Assembly: GCA_014382695.1 (NCBI GenBank)
Contig: JACNJF010000106.1
Span: 15,520-79,519 of the forward strand
Direction: 5' to 3'
Origin: Gammaproteobacteria bacterium
GTDB taxonomy: Bacteria; Pseudomonadota; Gammaproteobacteria; GCA-001735895
Length of the DNA: 64,000 nucleotides
Part shown: piece by piece, positions 1 through 8,655 of the stretch
How the letters are laid out: the number at the start of each line of letters is the position of its first letter
Numbering within the stretch: the stretch's first letter is position 1
The notes under the pieces: model-generated
Database searches by the model: none
Seen by the model: only the letters and a program-made list of their open reading frames with translations
Told to the model about the DNA's origin: nothing
Program-made: the position numbers and the translations under genes

Positions 1-428
1 TCAACTTCTGTTTTTGGCGTGTCCACCATCAGCAGAATGTCACCATGATCGATTTCCCGCTTGAAATTATCCAGCTGGTGATTGTGTTCATGACCCTTCA
101 CCAATCCCAGGATGACGACTCCAAATCCGATGCCGGCCAGGGTGCCAATCAACAGGGCGTTCAGGCCCAGCTCCAGTCCGCCGGGTGGAAATAGCAGTGT
201 AAACAGGCTCCCGGAAAAGCCTGCCAGGCCGCCTAGAATGGTTCCCCAGATCAGTCCACTGGCAAGTTCTGTTCTTTGCCAGATGGTTGCCTGTGGAAAT
301 CCTTTCAATGAGTATTCGATGCTGGCTACGACATGTAAATGGGACGCTGCAATTCCCTGCTGCTGTAGTTCAGCAATAATAACTTCAGTGAGGGGCAGAC
401 TGGGTATTAAAAAATTGATACGACGCAT
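1..428 (-). CDS. Glycine-zipper membrane protein of unknown function; 3' end runs off the window
   Basis: The reverse-complement frame translates cleanly as MRRINFLIPSLPLTEVIIAELQQQGIAASHLHVV...GTILGGLAGFSGSLFTLLFPPGGLELGLNALLIGTLAGIGFGVVILGLVKGHEHNHQLDNFKREIDHGDILLMVDTPKTEV, with Gly-rich TM helices, ATG at complement 426-428 and no stop before position 1. The listed plus-strand ORF 112..444 is P/R/S-rich and not protein-like. Confidence 0.5.
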   Translation of the reverse strand, partial: MRRINFLIPSLPLTEVIIAELQQQGIAASHLHVVASIEYSLKGFPQATIWQRTELASGLIWGTILGGLAGFSGSLFTLLFPPGGLELGLNALLIGTLAGIGFGVVILGLVKGHEHNHQLDNFKREIDHGDILLMVDTPKTEV

Positions 429-703
429 TTTTTTTTCCTGTTGATAAGGCCGTAACAAAATAGCTTTGACCCGAATCGATAGTACCGAAGTGTAACGCTT
501 ATATGAGTAAAATTAACAGATTCATGCGCAGCTAGAATTGATATGGAGCAAACATATATCGTTTATTTGTATCGGCGATAGAGTTGAAAAATGAGAAATC
601 AATTTCAATTTAACTATTTATTGAAGGTATTTAATCCAAACTCTAAAAATCTCTACTATATTCATTGATTGTGTATAATTTCTGAAAATTGATTGTATTA
701 AAT

Positions 704-1591
704 ATGGCATCGCAGCAAAGAGTCGAGGTACTGGATTTCGGAGGAACTGATAATATCGATCTGCTGATTAGTGAGGTTGATAAACTGGTCAGTTTGCCGG
801 ATGTCTATTATCGACTCGAAACCCTGATTGAACATCCCGGTTCGTCTATTGCTGATTTTTCCAAGGTGTTATCCAGTGACCCCGACCTTTGTGCTCGCCT
901 GCTAAGCCTGGCGAATAGTGCGTTCTATAGCTTTCCTGCCAGTATCGAGTCGGTGGATAAGGCGATTCAAATCATCGGTGTGCGTCAGGTACGTGAACTG
1001 GTGCTGGCCACCAGTATTCTGAATGTATTCAATAAAATGCCATTAGGCATGATAAACATGAGGTTGTTCTGGGAACACTCTATCGCAGTTGGAGTGATGG
1101 CAAAATCGATCGGCCAGTATTGCAATATTAGTCAGCCAGAGCGTTTTTATGTGGCCGGGTTGTTGCACGATATCGGTCGACTGGTGTTTTTTCTGAAATT
1201 ACCGGGCCTGATGCACGATCTATTATTACTGCGGGAGTCTCGTGAAGAGTCGCTGTATGTACTGGAGCTGGAAAGTCTAGGCTATAGCCATGCTGAGGCG
1301 GGCGGTCGCCTGCTGGAGAACTGGCGCGTACCACTGTCGATACATGAACCGGTCAGCTTTCATCATAAACCTGATCTATCGCTTGAGTTCCCGCAGATAA
1401 CGGCTGCGGTACATGTTGCTGATTTCTGGGTTAACAAGCAGCAGATGGGCAGTAGTGGCGACCGTTTTGCTTTACCGCTCTATCAGTCGGCATTGAAACT
1501 ATTAAAATTACAGAGTTATGAGCTGGAAGAAATCTGGATTCTGGCAGAGGATGCGATGAAGGATGTGATGCATCAATTTTTAAGTCAGTAG
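704..1591 (+). CDS. HDOD-domain signalling protein
   Basis: The ORF is called from TTG at 689 but the likely ATG is at 704 (MASQQRVEV...). It carries the HDOD-type core GLLHDIGRLVFF / HAEAGGRLLENW and is about 295 aa. A TATAAT -10 lies at 674-679 in an AT-rich upstream region. Confidence 0.75.
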   Translation: MASQQRVEVLDFGGTDNIDLLISEVDKLVSLPDVYYRLETLIEHPGSSIADFSKVLSSDPDLCARLLSLANSAFYSFPASIESVDKAIQIIGVRQVRELVLATSILNVFNKMPLGMINMRLFWEHSIAVGVMAKSIGQYCNISQPERFYVAGLLHDIGRLVFFLKLPGLMHDLLLLRESREESLYVLELESLGYSHAEAGGRLLENWRVPLSIHEPVSFHHKPDLSLEFPQITAAVHVADFWVNKQQMGSSGDRFALPLYQSALKLLKLQSYELEEIWILAEDAMKDVMHQFLSQ

Positions 1592-1593
1592 GC

Positions 1594-1628
1594 AAAAAAA
1601 AAGCTTCAATTAATGAAGCTTTAAAACT
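1594..1628. terminator. Bidirectional rho-independent terminator between convergent genes
   Basis: An A-run, the perfect inverted repeat AAGCTTCA-ATTAAT-TGAAGCTT, then a T-rich tail, sitting between the stop of the HDOD gene (1591) and the stop of the minus-strand lipoprotein gene (1674). Confidence 0.6.
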
Positions 1629-1673
1629 AACACGTCCCTGTGTTAAAGAGGAGATAAAACATGGGGGAGTAGA

Positions 1674-3140
1674 TTAATCCTGAGCTTCGAGCTCAACTTC
1701 ATCGATGACGCCATCAGCTGGAGCATTATCGGTTAACTTGACGAAAGTACCGGTTGCCAGCTGATTATAAAAAACAGGTGCCGTGATAACCGCTTCCAGA
1801 CTGTTTTTATAGACCGCCGTTGAACCCACAACGAAGGTCTGACCGAACATGGTGACGCTTTGAACAGTAGCATCGAAAGATTCAACCGGTCCCTGCAGTC
1901 TGGAATCATCAGTATTATCCTTTTTCAGCTCTACTGCGTTGATCACTGATGTGCCATCAAAGAAGGCTTTTACTTCGACAAAATCACCGGCGACCAGCTG
2001 GCTCAGTGTGATGGCCTGATTATTAACCTTGTCATCCAGTTTGGTTTGCTGATTGACCCGGACCGTGATGTTATCGCTGCCGCCAAACAGATTGAAGCTG
2101 GCGCTGCCACTGGTAGCGTTAATGGAGCTGATTTCTGCAAAAACCTTGATTTTCTGGCCTCTGAGTTTGATCTTGTCGGCAAACAAGGTTCCACCTACCA
2201 GTGATCCTTCCGCTTCTACCTTGATGCCATCGGCCAGGGTCAAGGTTGATGGAGTGAATACCGGTGCTGCGGAAAAATCGATCAACTGGCCCTGAATCGT
2301 GAAAGTGCTGGCGGCAGCATTGTAGTCTGCCACGAACCCTTCGATTTCGACTTCATCGGCATTGTCACCCAGAGTATCTTCTCCAGACTCAATTTTGGCG
2401 GCTACCAACGCATCACCCGCGCCGTTTAACAGGCCTTTGACTTCTACATACAGGCCATTGCTTAGGGCGCTGATGCTATCATCCAGTATGGTGGAACTGT
2501 ACTGGATGTTAAAATCCCGGATCGTGAAAGTGTTCGGTGTAGCATCCAGATTAGCAATCACACCCTTGATTTCGACCTGATCGATAGCCGGGATGAAGGT
2601 TCCGCCTGGCTGTCTTTCAATAAAGGTTGCGCTGATGCCGGTGCTGGAAAGCAGGCCACTCACTTCGATAAAATCAGTGTTTGCCAGATCGGTCAGTGTG
2701 AGACCCTGATCGAAGCGTGTATCGGCATTGATTTCAACCTGCTGGCCCAGAATAGTCATCGTCGCCAGAGTCGGGTCTGTCGCATCAATCGCCAGATTGC
2801 TGACAGGTCCTTTCAGTTCATTCTGATAAATCAAACTGGTAGCGGTGCCGGTAACGCCGTCATCATTGACCGTGCCGTTAATCTTGACGCGCATGCCGAT
2901 GCGTAAATCATCCTGGCTGGCAGTCGGATTATCATCGACGTTCATGCTGGTGGTAGTGGTTTCGAATTTCACACCATTCACATACACACTGCCGAAACCG
3001 GTGATGATGCCGGAGGAGATACGGCTGGCCCTTGGCAGGGAGTCTGATGAGTCATCGCTACTGCTGCCGCCGCAACCGCCGATGATTAATGTGGTGGTGA
3101 TTAATGCCGGTAAAAGAGCTTTTTTAAAGGGTGTATTCAT
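1674..3140 (-). CDS. Secreted lipoprotein with about seven tandem DUF5666-like (OB-fold-like) repeats
   Basis: The likely start is the internal MNTPFKKALLPALITTTLIIGGC, giving a signal peptide and lipobox Cys. An S/D-rich linker follows, then a roughly 60-aa unit repeated about seven times (G.I.GFGSVYVNGVKF..., ILGQQVEINADTRF, VEVSGLL, VEIKGVIANLD, VEVKGLLNG, VEIEGFVAD, VEAEGSLVGG, VEVKAFFDG). The ORF track extends to 3209 with an N-terminal extension. Confidence 0.7.
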   Translation of the reverse strand: MNTPFKKALLPALITTTLIIGGCGGSSSDDSSDSLPRASRISSGIITGFGSVYVNGVKFETTTTSMNVDDNPTASQDDLRIGMRVKINGTVNDDGVTGTATSLIYQNELKGPVSNLAIDATDPTLATMTILGQQVEINADTRFDQGLTLTDLANTDFIEVSGLLSSTGISATFIERQPGGTFIPAIDQVEIKGVIANLDATPNTFTIRDFNIQYSSTILDDSISALSNGLYVEVKGLLNGAGDALVAAKIESGEDTLGDNADEVEIEGFVADYNAAASTFTIQGQLIDFSAAPVFTPSTLTLADGIKVEAEGSLVGGTLFADKIKLRGQKIKVFAEISSINATSGSASFNLFGGSDNITVRVNQQTKLDDKVNNQAITLSQLVAGDFVEVKAFFDGTSVINAVELKKDNTDDSRLQGPVESFDATVQSVTMFGQTFVVGSTAVYKNSLEAVITAPVFYNQLATGTFVKLTDNAPADGVIDEVELEAQD

Positions 3141-3321
3141 TGAAGTAATTCCTCGTTTGGTTAAGATTTTTGGATACCGCGTATCCGATAATTGGGAATA
3201 TAGTCCCAAATTAAAAAGGATGCAAACTTATTTGCTGGTTTGGTAATTGTTCACAATTTACTCAGGATGATTCCGGCTGAGGGTAGTTTTTACGCGGCTG
3301 GATTAAGCTATGAGGGTTGTA

Positions 3322-4671
3322 TTATAGCAGGAACAGGGTTGCCATACCGAGAAAGGCGAGGATACCGATCACATCGGTAAAGGTCGTTAATACCACACTG
3401 CCTGCAAGCGCCGGGTCAACTCCGATTCTTTTTAGCAGTACGGGGATGATGGCACCGGCATACGCACCCGCCAAAAGATTGATGACCAGTGACAGCGCAA
3501 TGATCCAGGCCAGATTAAAGTCTTCAAACCAGAGGATGGTAAAGGCGGCGACGACGGCTGCCCATAACAGGCCATTGATCAGGCCGACCGTGATTTCCTT
3601 TTTGACCAGGCTGTTAAAATTGGAACTGCCGAGCTGGCCCAGCGCCAGACCCCGTATCACCAGCGTCAGGGTCTGTGATCCGGCAATGCCTCCCATGCTG
3701 GGCACGATGGTGAGCAGGATCGCCAGTGCAACGATCTTGTCCAGTGCATTTTCGAACAGTCCGATCACCGAGGCGGCCAGAAAGGCGGTGAGCAAATTGA
3801 ATCCCAGCCATACCGCCCTGCGTCTAGAGCTGCTCCAGATCGGCGAAAACAGGTCTTCATCTTCGTGCAGGCCAGCCATGCTGAGTACGGAGTTATCGCC
3901 CTCTTCACGAATAACATCGACCACGTCATCGATCGTGATACGTCCGAGCAGGCGGCCATTTTCATCGACCACGGCGGCGCTGATCAGGTCATTGTCTTCA
4001 AAGATGCGCGCAACATCATCGTCGATCAGCTGTGCCTGCAACGGCAGGATGTCGATATTCATCACCTGTTCGACTCGGATTTCGGTGTCGCTGGTTAACA
4101 GCCTGCTCAGGGAGAGTGTACCGATCAGTTTGTCATAACGATCGGTTACGAAGAGCTGATCGGTATGAGCCGGTAATTCTCCGCGTATACGCAGATAACG
4201 CAGTACCACGTCGAGTGTTACGTCGGCACGAATCGTAATCGGGTTGAGATCCATCAGCCCGCCGGCAGTATCTTCCGGGTAGGCCAGCACCGATTCCAGT
4301 TTTTCGCGTTTTTGCTGATCCAGTATAAATAGTACGCTGACCAGTTTTTCTGCTGGTAGAGAGAGCATCAGGTCAGCCTGATCATCCACATCCGGTAGCG
4401 TATCGATGATTTCTGCAATTTGCTTTGAACTGAATTTTTTCAGTTTCTGCTGTCGCACTTCATCGCTGGTTTCGAGTAGAACAGGGCCCAGGTTAAACGG
4501 GTATACCTGCGGCCAGATCTGTTCGCGTTGCGAGGAAGGAGTGGAGTCAAGAATGTCCGCGATCTGGGCAATATTGATCCGATCCAGAATCTGCGCTATT
4601 GCGGAAGAATCAGACTGTTCGAGTGCTGAAGAAATATCCTGCCGGAGGTTTTCCGTGATCAGATCAGGCAT
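3322..4671 (-). CDS. mgtE: Magnesium transporter MgtE
   Basis: 449 aa with an N-terminal MgtE_N region, tandem CBS region (GRITIDDVVDVI), a C-terminal five-TM domain and the conserved PSMGGIAGSQT motif. Confidence 0.9.
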   Translation of the reverse strand: MPDLITENLRQDISSALEQSDSSAIAQILDRINIAQIADILDSTPSSQREQIWPQVYPFNLGPVLLETSDEVRQQKLKKFSSKQIAEIIDTLPDVDDQADLMLSLPAEKLVSVLFILDQQKREKLESVLAYPEDTAGGLMDLNPITIRADVTLDVVLRYLRIRGELPAHTDQLFVTDRYDKLIGTLSLSRLLTSDTEIRVEQVMNIDILPLQAQLIDDDVARIFEDNDLISAAVVDENGRLLGRITIDDVVDVIREEGDNSVLSMAGLHEDEDLFSPIWSSSRRRAVWLGFNLLTAFLAASVIGLFENALDKIVALAILLTIVPSMGGIAGSQTLTLVIRGLALGQLGSSNFNSLVKKEITVGLINGLLWAAVVAAFTILWFEDFNLAWIIALSLVINLLAGAYAGAIIPVLLKRIGVDPALAGSVVLTTFTDVIGILAFLGMATLFLL

Positions 4672-4789
4672 AAGGGTAGCCAGAAAAAATTAACCTCTAA
4701 ATTTTAGCAAAGTTCTGTTTTATTTGCGGAACTATTAAATCGAAATTGGAGAGACTGGTCGAGTGGTTAGTATCGATAAGGCTGACGGC

Positions 4790-5059
4790 TTACTCTTCTT
4801 CGTCAAAGCGATTATTGATCAGCTTGACGATGGCTTCGAAACAGGCTGTTTCATCGTCACCGTCAATCTCCAGCTTAATCAGGGTGCCCTTGCTCGCCGC
4901 CAGCATCATAACGCCCATGATGCTTTTTGCATTGACCCGGTTACCCTTGTTATCGAGATGCACTGAACTGCCAAATTGAGAGCATAGATTAACCAGCTTG
5001 GAAGCGGCTCGTGCATGTAACCCGAGTTTATTAATGATGGTGATGTCTTGAGTAATCAT
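4790..5059 (-). CDS. ptsO: HPr-family phosphocarrier (NPr/PtsO-like)
   Basis: 89 aa with GLHARAA placing His at position 15 and NAKSIMG placing Ser at position 46, so both the EI site and the HprK target serine are kept. It is the last gene of the rpoN-linked PTS-Ntr cluster. Confidence 0.85.
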   Translation of the reverse strand: MITQDITIINKLGLHARAASKLVNLCSQFGSSVHLDNKGNRVNAKSIMGVMMLAASKGTLIKLEIDGDDETACFEAIVKLINNRFDEEE

Positions 5060-5179
5060 AGTAATAGCAGTTGTATTGTTTTATTGCTGATGCTGAAATT
5101 TCAGTAAATCAGTTTGCGGGTCATTATCTGGCGCATCAATATACAACAGATATATTATTTAGCCTATTACGCTTTTAGC

Positions 5180-5587
5180 TTAAATCGACAGGCCGTCTTC
5201 TTCCTTGCTGATACCCTTATTGGCACCCTGGATTGCACTCAGCGCCATTTCAGGAAGACTCTGTTCGTCATAGTTGATGATCCGGATCAGCATCGGAAGG
5301 TTGAGCCCCGTCACTATTTTTACGTTATGGTGATTAGCAAAATAATGTGCCAGATTGCTTGGGGTTGCACCGAAAATATCGGTCAGTATTAAGACTCCCT
5401 GACCCTTGTCCAGGGTATCGATGTCAGATTTTATCTGATCGGCATACCTGCCCAGTTCTGCCGCAATCAGGTCTCCCGGAATTCCCACCGTACGGATGGT
5501 TGCCACACATTTCCCGACTATGGTTTCAGCGGTTTTTAGCATTTCCTTGCCAATATTGTTGTGAGTGACGATCAGGATGCCGGTCAT
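5180..5587 (-). CDS. PTS EIIA component, mannose/fructose (EIIA-Man) family
   Basis: 135 aa; MTGILIVTHNNIG gives the EIIA-Man fold N-terminus with a phosphorylatable His near residue 9-10. The start overlaps the rapZ stop by 1 nt. Confidence 0.75.
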   Translation of the reverse strand: MTGILIVTHNNIGKEMLKTAETIVGKCVATIRTVGIPGDLIAAELGRYADQIKSDIDTLDKGQGVLILTDIFGATPSNLAHYFANHHNVKIVTGLNLPMLIRIINYDEQSLPEMALSAIQGANKGISKEEDGLSI

Positions 5588-6444
5588 TAGTCAAACTCCC
5601 GGTGTCTGATCGATACGTTGTTTCGATTTTTTTGCAATGCGGATGCGATTTTTTGTACCAGATAGACGGATCGATGCTGGCCACCGGTACAGCCGATGGA
5701 GATGGTCATATAACTACGCCCTTCTTTTTCAAAGCAGGGTATCCATTGCTGCAGAAAGTTTACTATCGACTGTTCCATATCATTCACTTCAGTGAATCCT
5801 TCCAGATAGTCAATAACCGGCTTATCTTTACCGGTAAAAGGACGCAAATGACCCTCCCAGTGGGGGTTTGGCAGGCAGCGCACATCAAACATAAAGTCGG
5901 TATCGGCCGGCAGGCCATGTTTAAAACCAAACGATTGAATCAGTATCGCCATCGAGTCGATGTTGCCGTTCAACAGTCGATTGTTAATGATATGGCGTAG
6001 TTCATGCACGTTGAGCTGGGTGGTGTCGATGGTGATATCCGCTTTGGAGGATATGCTTTTAAGTATGCTGCGTTCCATATGTATCGCTTCCTCCAGTGGC
6101 AGGCCCTTGCGCGAAAGAGGGTGTTTGCGCCGGGTTTCACTGAAGCGGGTGAGCAGCTTTTCGACTTTGGAGGTCAGGAACAGGATTTCTACCTTGACAT
6201 CAAGGGCCTGAATTTCGGAAATGATACTATCGAAATGAACAATATCCTGGATATTGGCGCGTGCATCGATGGCGACTGCGATCAGATCGTATAGCGCCGG
6301 TTTACTGGTTTTCATGGAGTGGACAAAATCAGTCAATAGACCGACTGGCAGATTATCCACGCAGAAATAACCGGCATCTTCAAGTGTGTGTAGCGCGATG
6401 GTTTTGCCGGAACCGGAAAGTCCGCTCACAATCACCAGTCTCAT
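5587..6444 (-). CDS. rapZ: RNase adaptor protein RapZ (YhbJ)
   Basis: 285 aa; N-terminal MRLVIVSGLSGSGKTIALHTLEDAGYFCVDNLP carries the P-loop, and the position inside the rpoN locus is conserved. Confidence 0.9.
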   Translation of the reverse strand: MRLVIVSGLSGSGKTIALHTLEDAGYFCVDNLPVGLLTDFVHSMKTSKPALYDLIAVAIDARANIQDIVHFDSIISEIQALDVKVEILFLTSKVEKLLTRFSETRRKHPLSRKGLPLEEAIHMERSILKSISSKADITIDTTQLNVHELRHIINNRLLNGNIDSMAILIQSFGFKHGLPADTDFMFDVRCLPNPHWEGHLRPFTGKDKPVIDYLEGFTEVNDMEQSIVNFLQQWIPCFEKEGRSYMTISIGCTGGQHRSVYLVQKIASALQKNRNNVSIRHREFD

Positions 6445-6573
6445 TGAATTTTCTCCTGCATCAGGCAGATTCGTGTGGGTATAAAGCCCAGATCTTGACC
6501 TGGGTATTTTGCTGCTGATAGTAGCGCGTTGATTTTCATCTAACTATGTCCTGCATCACTGTTTAGATTAAAT

Positions 6574-7530
6574 CTATAACTGGCTCTTGGTATTTGCCAG
6601 AATGGCGAGTCGCTGTCGTTCGATAAAATCCTCTGCCGCATTATAGCCGCTCAGTTTTTGCTGATGATTACGCGCGGCAGCTTCGACCAGTACGGTCAGG
6701 TTGCGGCCAGGAGAGACGGGCAGGGTCATTTCAGGAATCGCAGTGCCCAGAATGGTTCTGGTTTTATGGGTGTCACCCAGGCGGTCAAACTGGTGGCTGT
6801 TTTCTGAGGTGTAGTGAATCATATTCACGATCATACGCAGTGTTTTGTTTCTACGTAGAGCATTACTTCCGAACATGGCGCGTATATTCAGGATACCAAC
6901 GCCACGCACCTCGATGAAATCGTTGGACAGTCCAGGGTGAATGCCGTCAATCACCCCCGGTGCTAATCTTGAGAACTGGACAATGTCATCGGCAATCAGG
7001 CGATGACCTCGGGAGATCAGTGACAGAGCGAGTTCTGACTTTCCTACGCCACTATCGCCGACAATCAGGGTACCGACGCTATACACCTCGATAAATACAC
7101 CATGCATGGTCGTGGTTTCGGATAATGCCTGATTCAGGAAATAGCGTAAATTACTGAGTAGCGGGGTATCTTCCAGCTCGGAGCGGAAGATCGCGATAGC
7201 GGCTTTGCTACAGTACTTGATGGTCGAGTTCGACAGTGAAGCGCGCTGACTTAATATCAGACTGCAAACTGACTGCCGAAATAGCTGCCCGAGCAGGTTG
7301 TGCTGGTTTTCGGAACTCATGGAGGCCAGATAGTTTGATTCGTGAACGCCGATCACGGCAACGCTGGCGGGTCGAATGAGATTCAGGAAATCGGCGGTTT
7401 CATAGTTTCCGCTATCTTTTGAGGGGGAATGAATCTCCTTTTCCATGCCGACCTGTCCGGAAACAAAAGACAGCTGCAGACGTTTCTGGAAACGCTGATG
7501 AAACTCTCGAATGCTGAGGCTGATGGACAT
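6574..7530 (-). CDS. hprK: HPr kinase/phosphorylase
   Basis: 318 aa with the Walker A motif GDSGVGKSE and IEVRGVGI, the C-terminal catalytic signatures of the HprK family. It sits between ptsN and rapZ. Confidence 0.85.
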   Translation of the reverse strand: MSISLSIREFHQRFQKRLQLSFVSGQVGMEKEIHSPSKDSGNYETADFLNLIRPASVAVIGVHESNYLASMSSENQHNLLGQLFRQSVCSLILSQRASLSNSTIKYCSKAAIAIFRSELEDTPLLSNLRYFLNQALSETTTMHGVFIEVYSVGTLIVGDSGVGKSELALSLISRGHRLIADDIVQFSRLAPGVIDGIHPGLSNDFIEVRGVGILNIRAMFGSNALRRNKTLRMIVNMIHYTSENSHQFDRLGDTHKTRTILGTAIPEMTLPVSPGRNLTVLVEAAARNHQQKLSGYNAAEDFIERQRLAILANTKSQL

Positions 7531-7640
7531 GGATATTCAATCCTGACCCGCTAGTTTAAAGAAGGGGTAACATAAGAACAAATCGGAACCGGGTTTTCAA
7601 GCGAAACATCGAAAACTCAGGGTTAAAAACTAATCTCAGC

Positions 7641-8105
7641 TTATTTGAACTGTTCCAGCTCAGCCTGCTGAATATGGCTGATGATTTCGAGAGCGGAGCT
7701 GCTAACGCGGATTTTATCGGTGACGGTCTTCTGGCTGAAAATTCTGGCCAGAGCGGCAAGGATCTGAAGATGTTCCTCGGTTGACTCTTCCGGAATAAAT
7801 AAGGCAAAGATTAAATCTACACTCTGTTTGTCGATGGCATCATAGTTGATACCTTCATCCAGCTTTACCAGGCAGGCATGGGCCTCTTTCAGATTGTCCA
7901 GACGCGCATGCGGAACGGCAATGCCCTGTCCAAGGCCGGTGCTTCCGAGTCGTTCTCGTTCCAGCAGTTTGTTGTAGATAGCATTTTGTGGCAGTTCAAG
8001 TTCTTCAGCCGCTTTTTCGGCGATAAACTCAAGTAAACGTTTTTTACTTGTAATATCGGCCTGACTGAAAATACGATTTTCCACTAAAAGCGAAGTTATG
8101 GACAT
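7641..8105 (-). CDS. ptsN: PTS EIIA-Ntr (nitrogen regulatory IIA)
   Basis: 154 aa with the IIA-fructose/Ntr fold and the GIAVPHAR active-site His motif. It lies directly downstream of hpf. Confidence 0.9.
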   Translation of the reverse strand: MSITSLLVENRIFSQADITSKKRLLEFIAEKAAEELELPQNAIYNKLLERERLGSTGLGQGIAVPHARLDNLKEAHACLVKLDEGINYDAIDKQSVDLIFALFIPEESTEEHLQILAALARIFSQKTVTDKIRVSSSALEIISHIQQAELEQFK

Positions 8106-8204
8106 GGTCGTTACATGTTAAATTTTATTGCGGGCATGTTAGCTAAAAAAATATTCCATGCAAGATAAAAAATCAGGGAGAACGAATTCTCCCTGATTTT
8201 ATGT

Positions 8205-8522
8205 TCAGGCCATTTCGGTGAGATTTCCTTTCACGCGGTGACTTTTCATTTTTTCTTTATGCTTTTTCCCCTGTCGATCCAGTTTATCGACCATCCCGTC
8301 GATAGCTGCATACATATCTTCCTGTTCATCATCGGCATACATGTTACCGCCGCTGACATGCATGGTGGCTTCTGCCTTATGACGCATTTTCTCTACGGTT
8401 AAAACCACGTGAATATCAAGCGCCTGGTCAAAATGTCTGTCCAGTCTTTCAATTTTCTCATTGACGTAGTTTCTAAGAGAATCCGTGATGTCAACATGGT
8501 GACCGCTTAGACTTACTTGCAT
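8205..8522 (-). CDS. hpf: Ribosome hibernation promoting factor
   Basis: 105 aa; MQVSLSGHHVDITDSLRNYVNEKIERL is the sigma-54 modulation/HPF family N-terminus. It lies directly downstream of rpoN. Confidence 0.9.
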   Translation of the reverse strand: MQVSLSGHHVDITDSLRNYVNEKIERLDRHFDQALDIHVVLTVEKMRHKAEATMHVSGGNMYADDEQEDMYAAIDGMVDKLDRQGKKHKEKMKSHRVKGNLTEMA

Positions 8523-8655
8523 AAGATACCTCCTGAAGGTTACTAATTTCTCAACTTTACAGGTTGAGAGGTTGTGACAGTGATGTTTGATTAACTGTCA
8601 TTTAACTGATCAAAAAAAACGTAATTAAACGGTTTAAATTGTCAGTCACAATATC

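Noticed and set aside
112-444. Plus-strand 110-aa ORF from the track
   Set aside because: Its translation is P/R/S-rich and low-complexity. The opposite strand in the same interval gives a clean glycine-zipper membrane protein running off the window edge, which I annotated instead (complement 1..428).
4672-4789. Possible Mg2+ riboswitch (M-box) upstream of mgtE
   Set aside because: The spacer to the upstream NPr gene is only about 118 nt, shorter than an M-box aptamer, and no conserved M-box helices were recognisable. mgtE is more likely read through from the PTS-Ntr operon or driven by a simple promoter.
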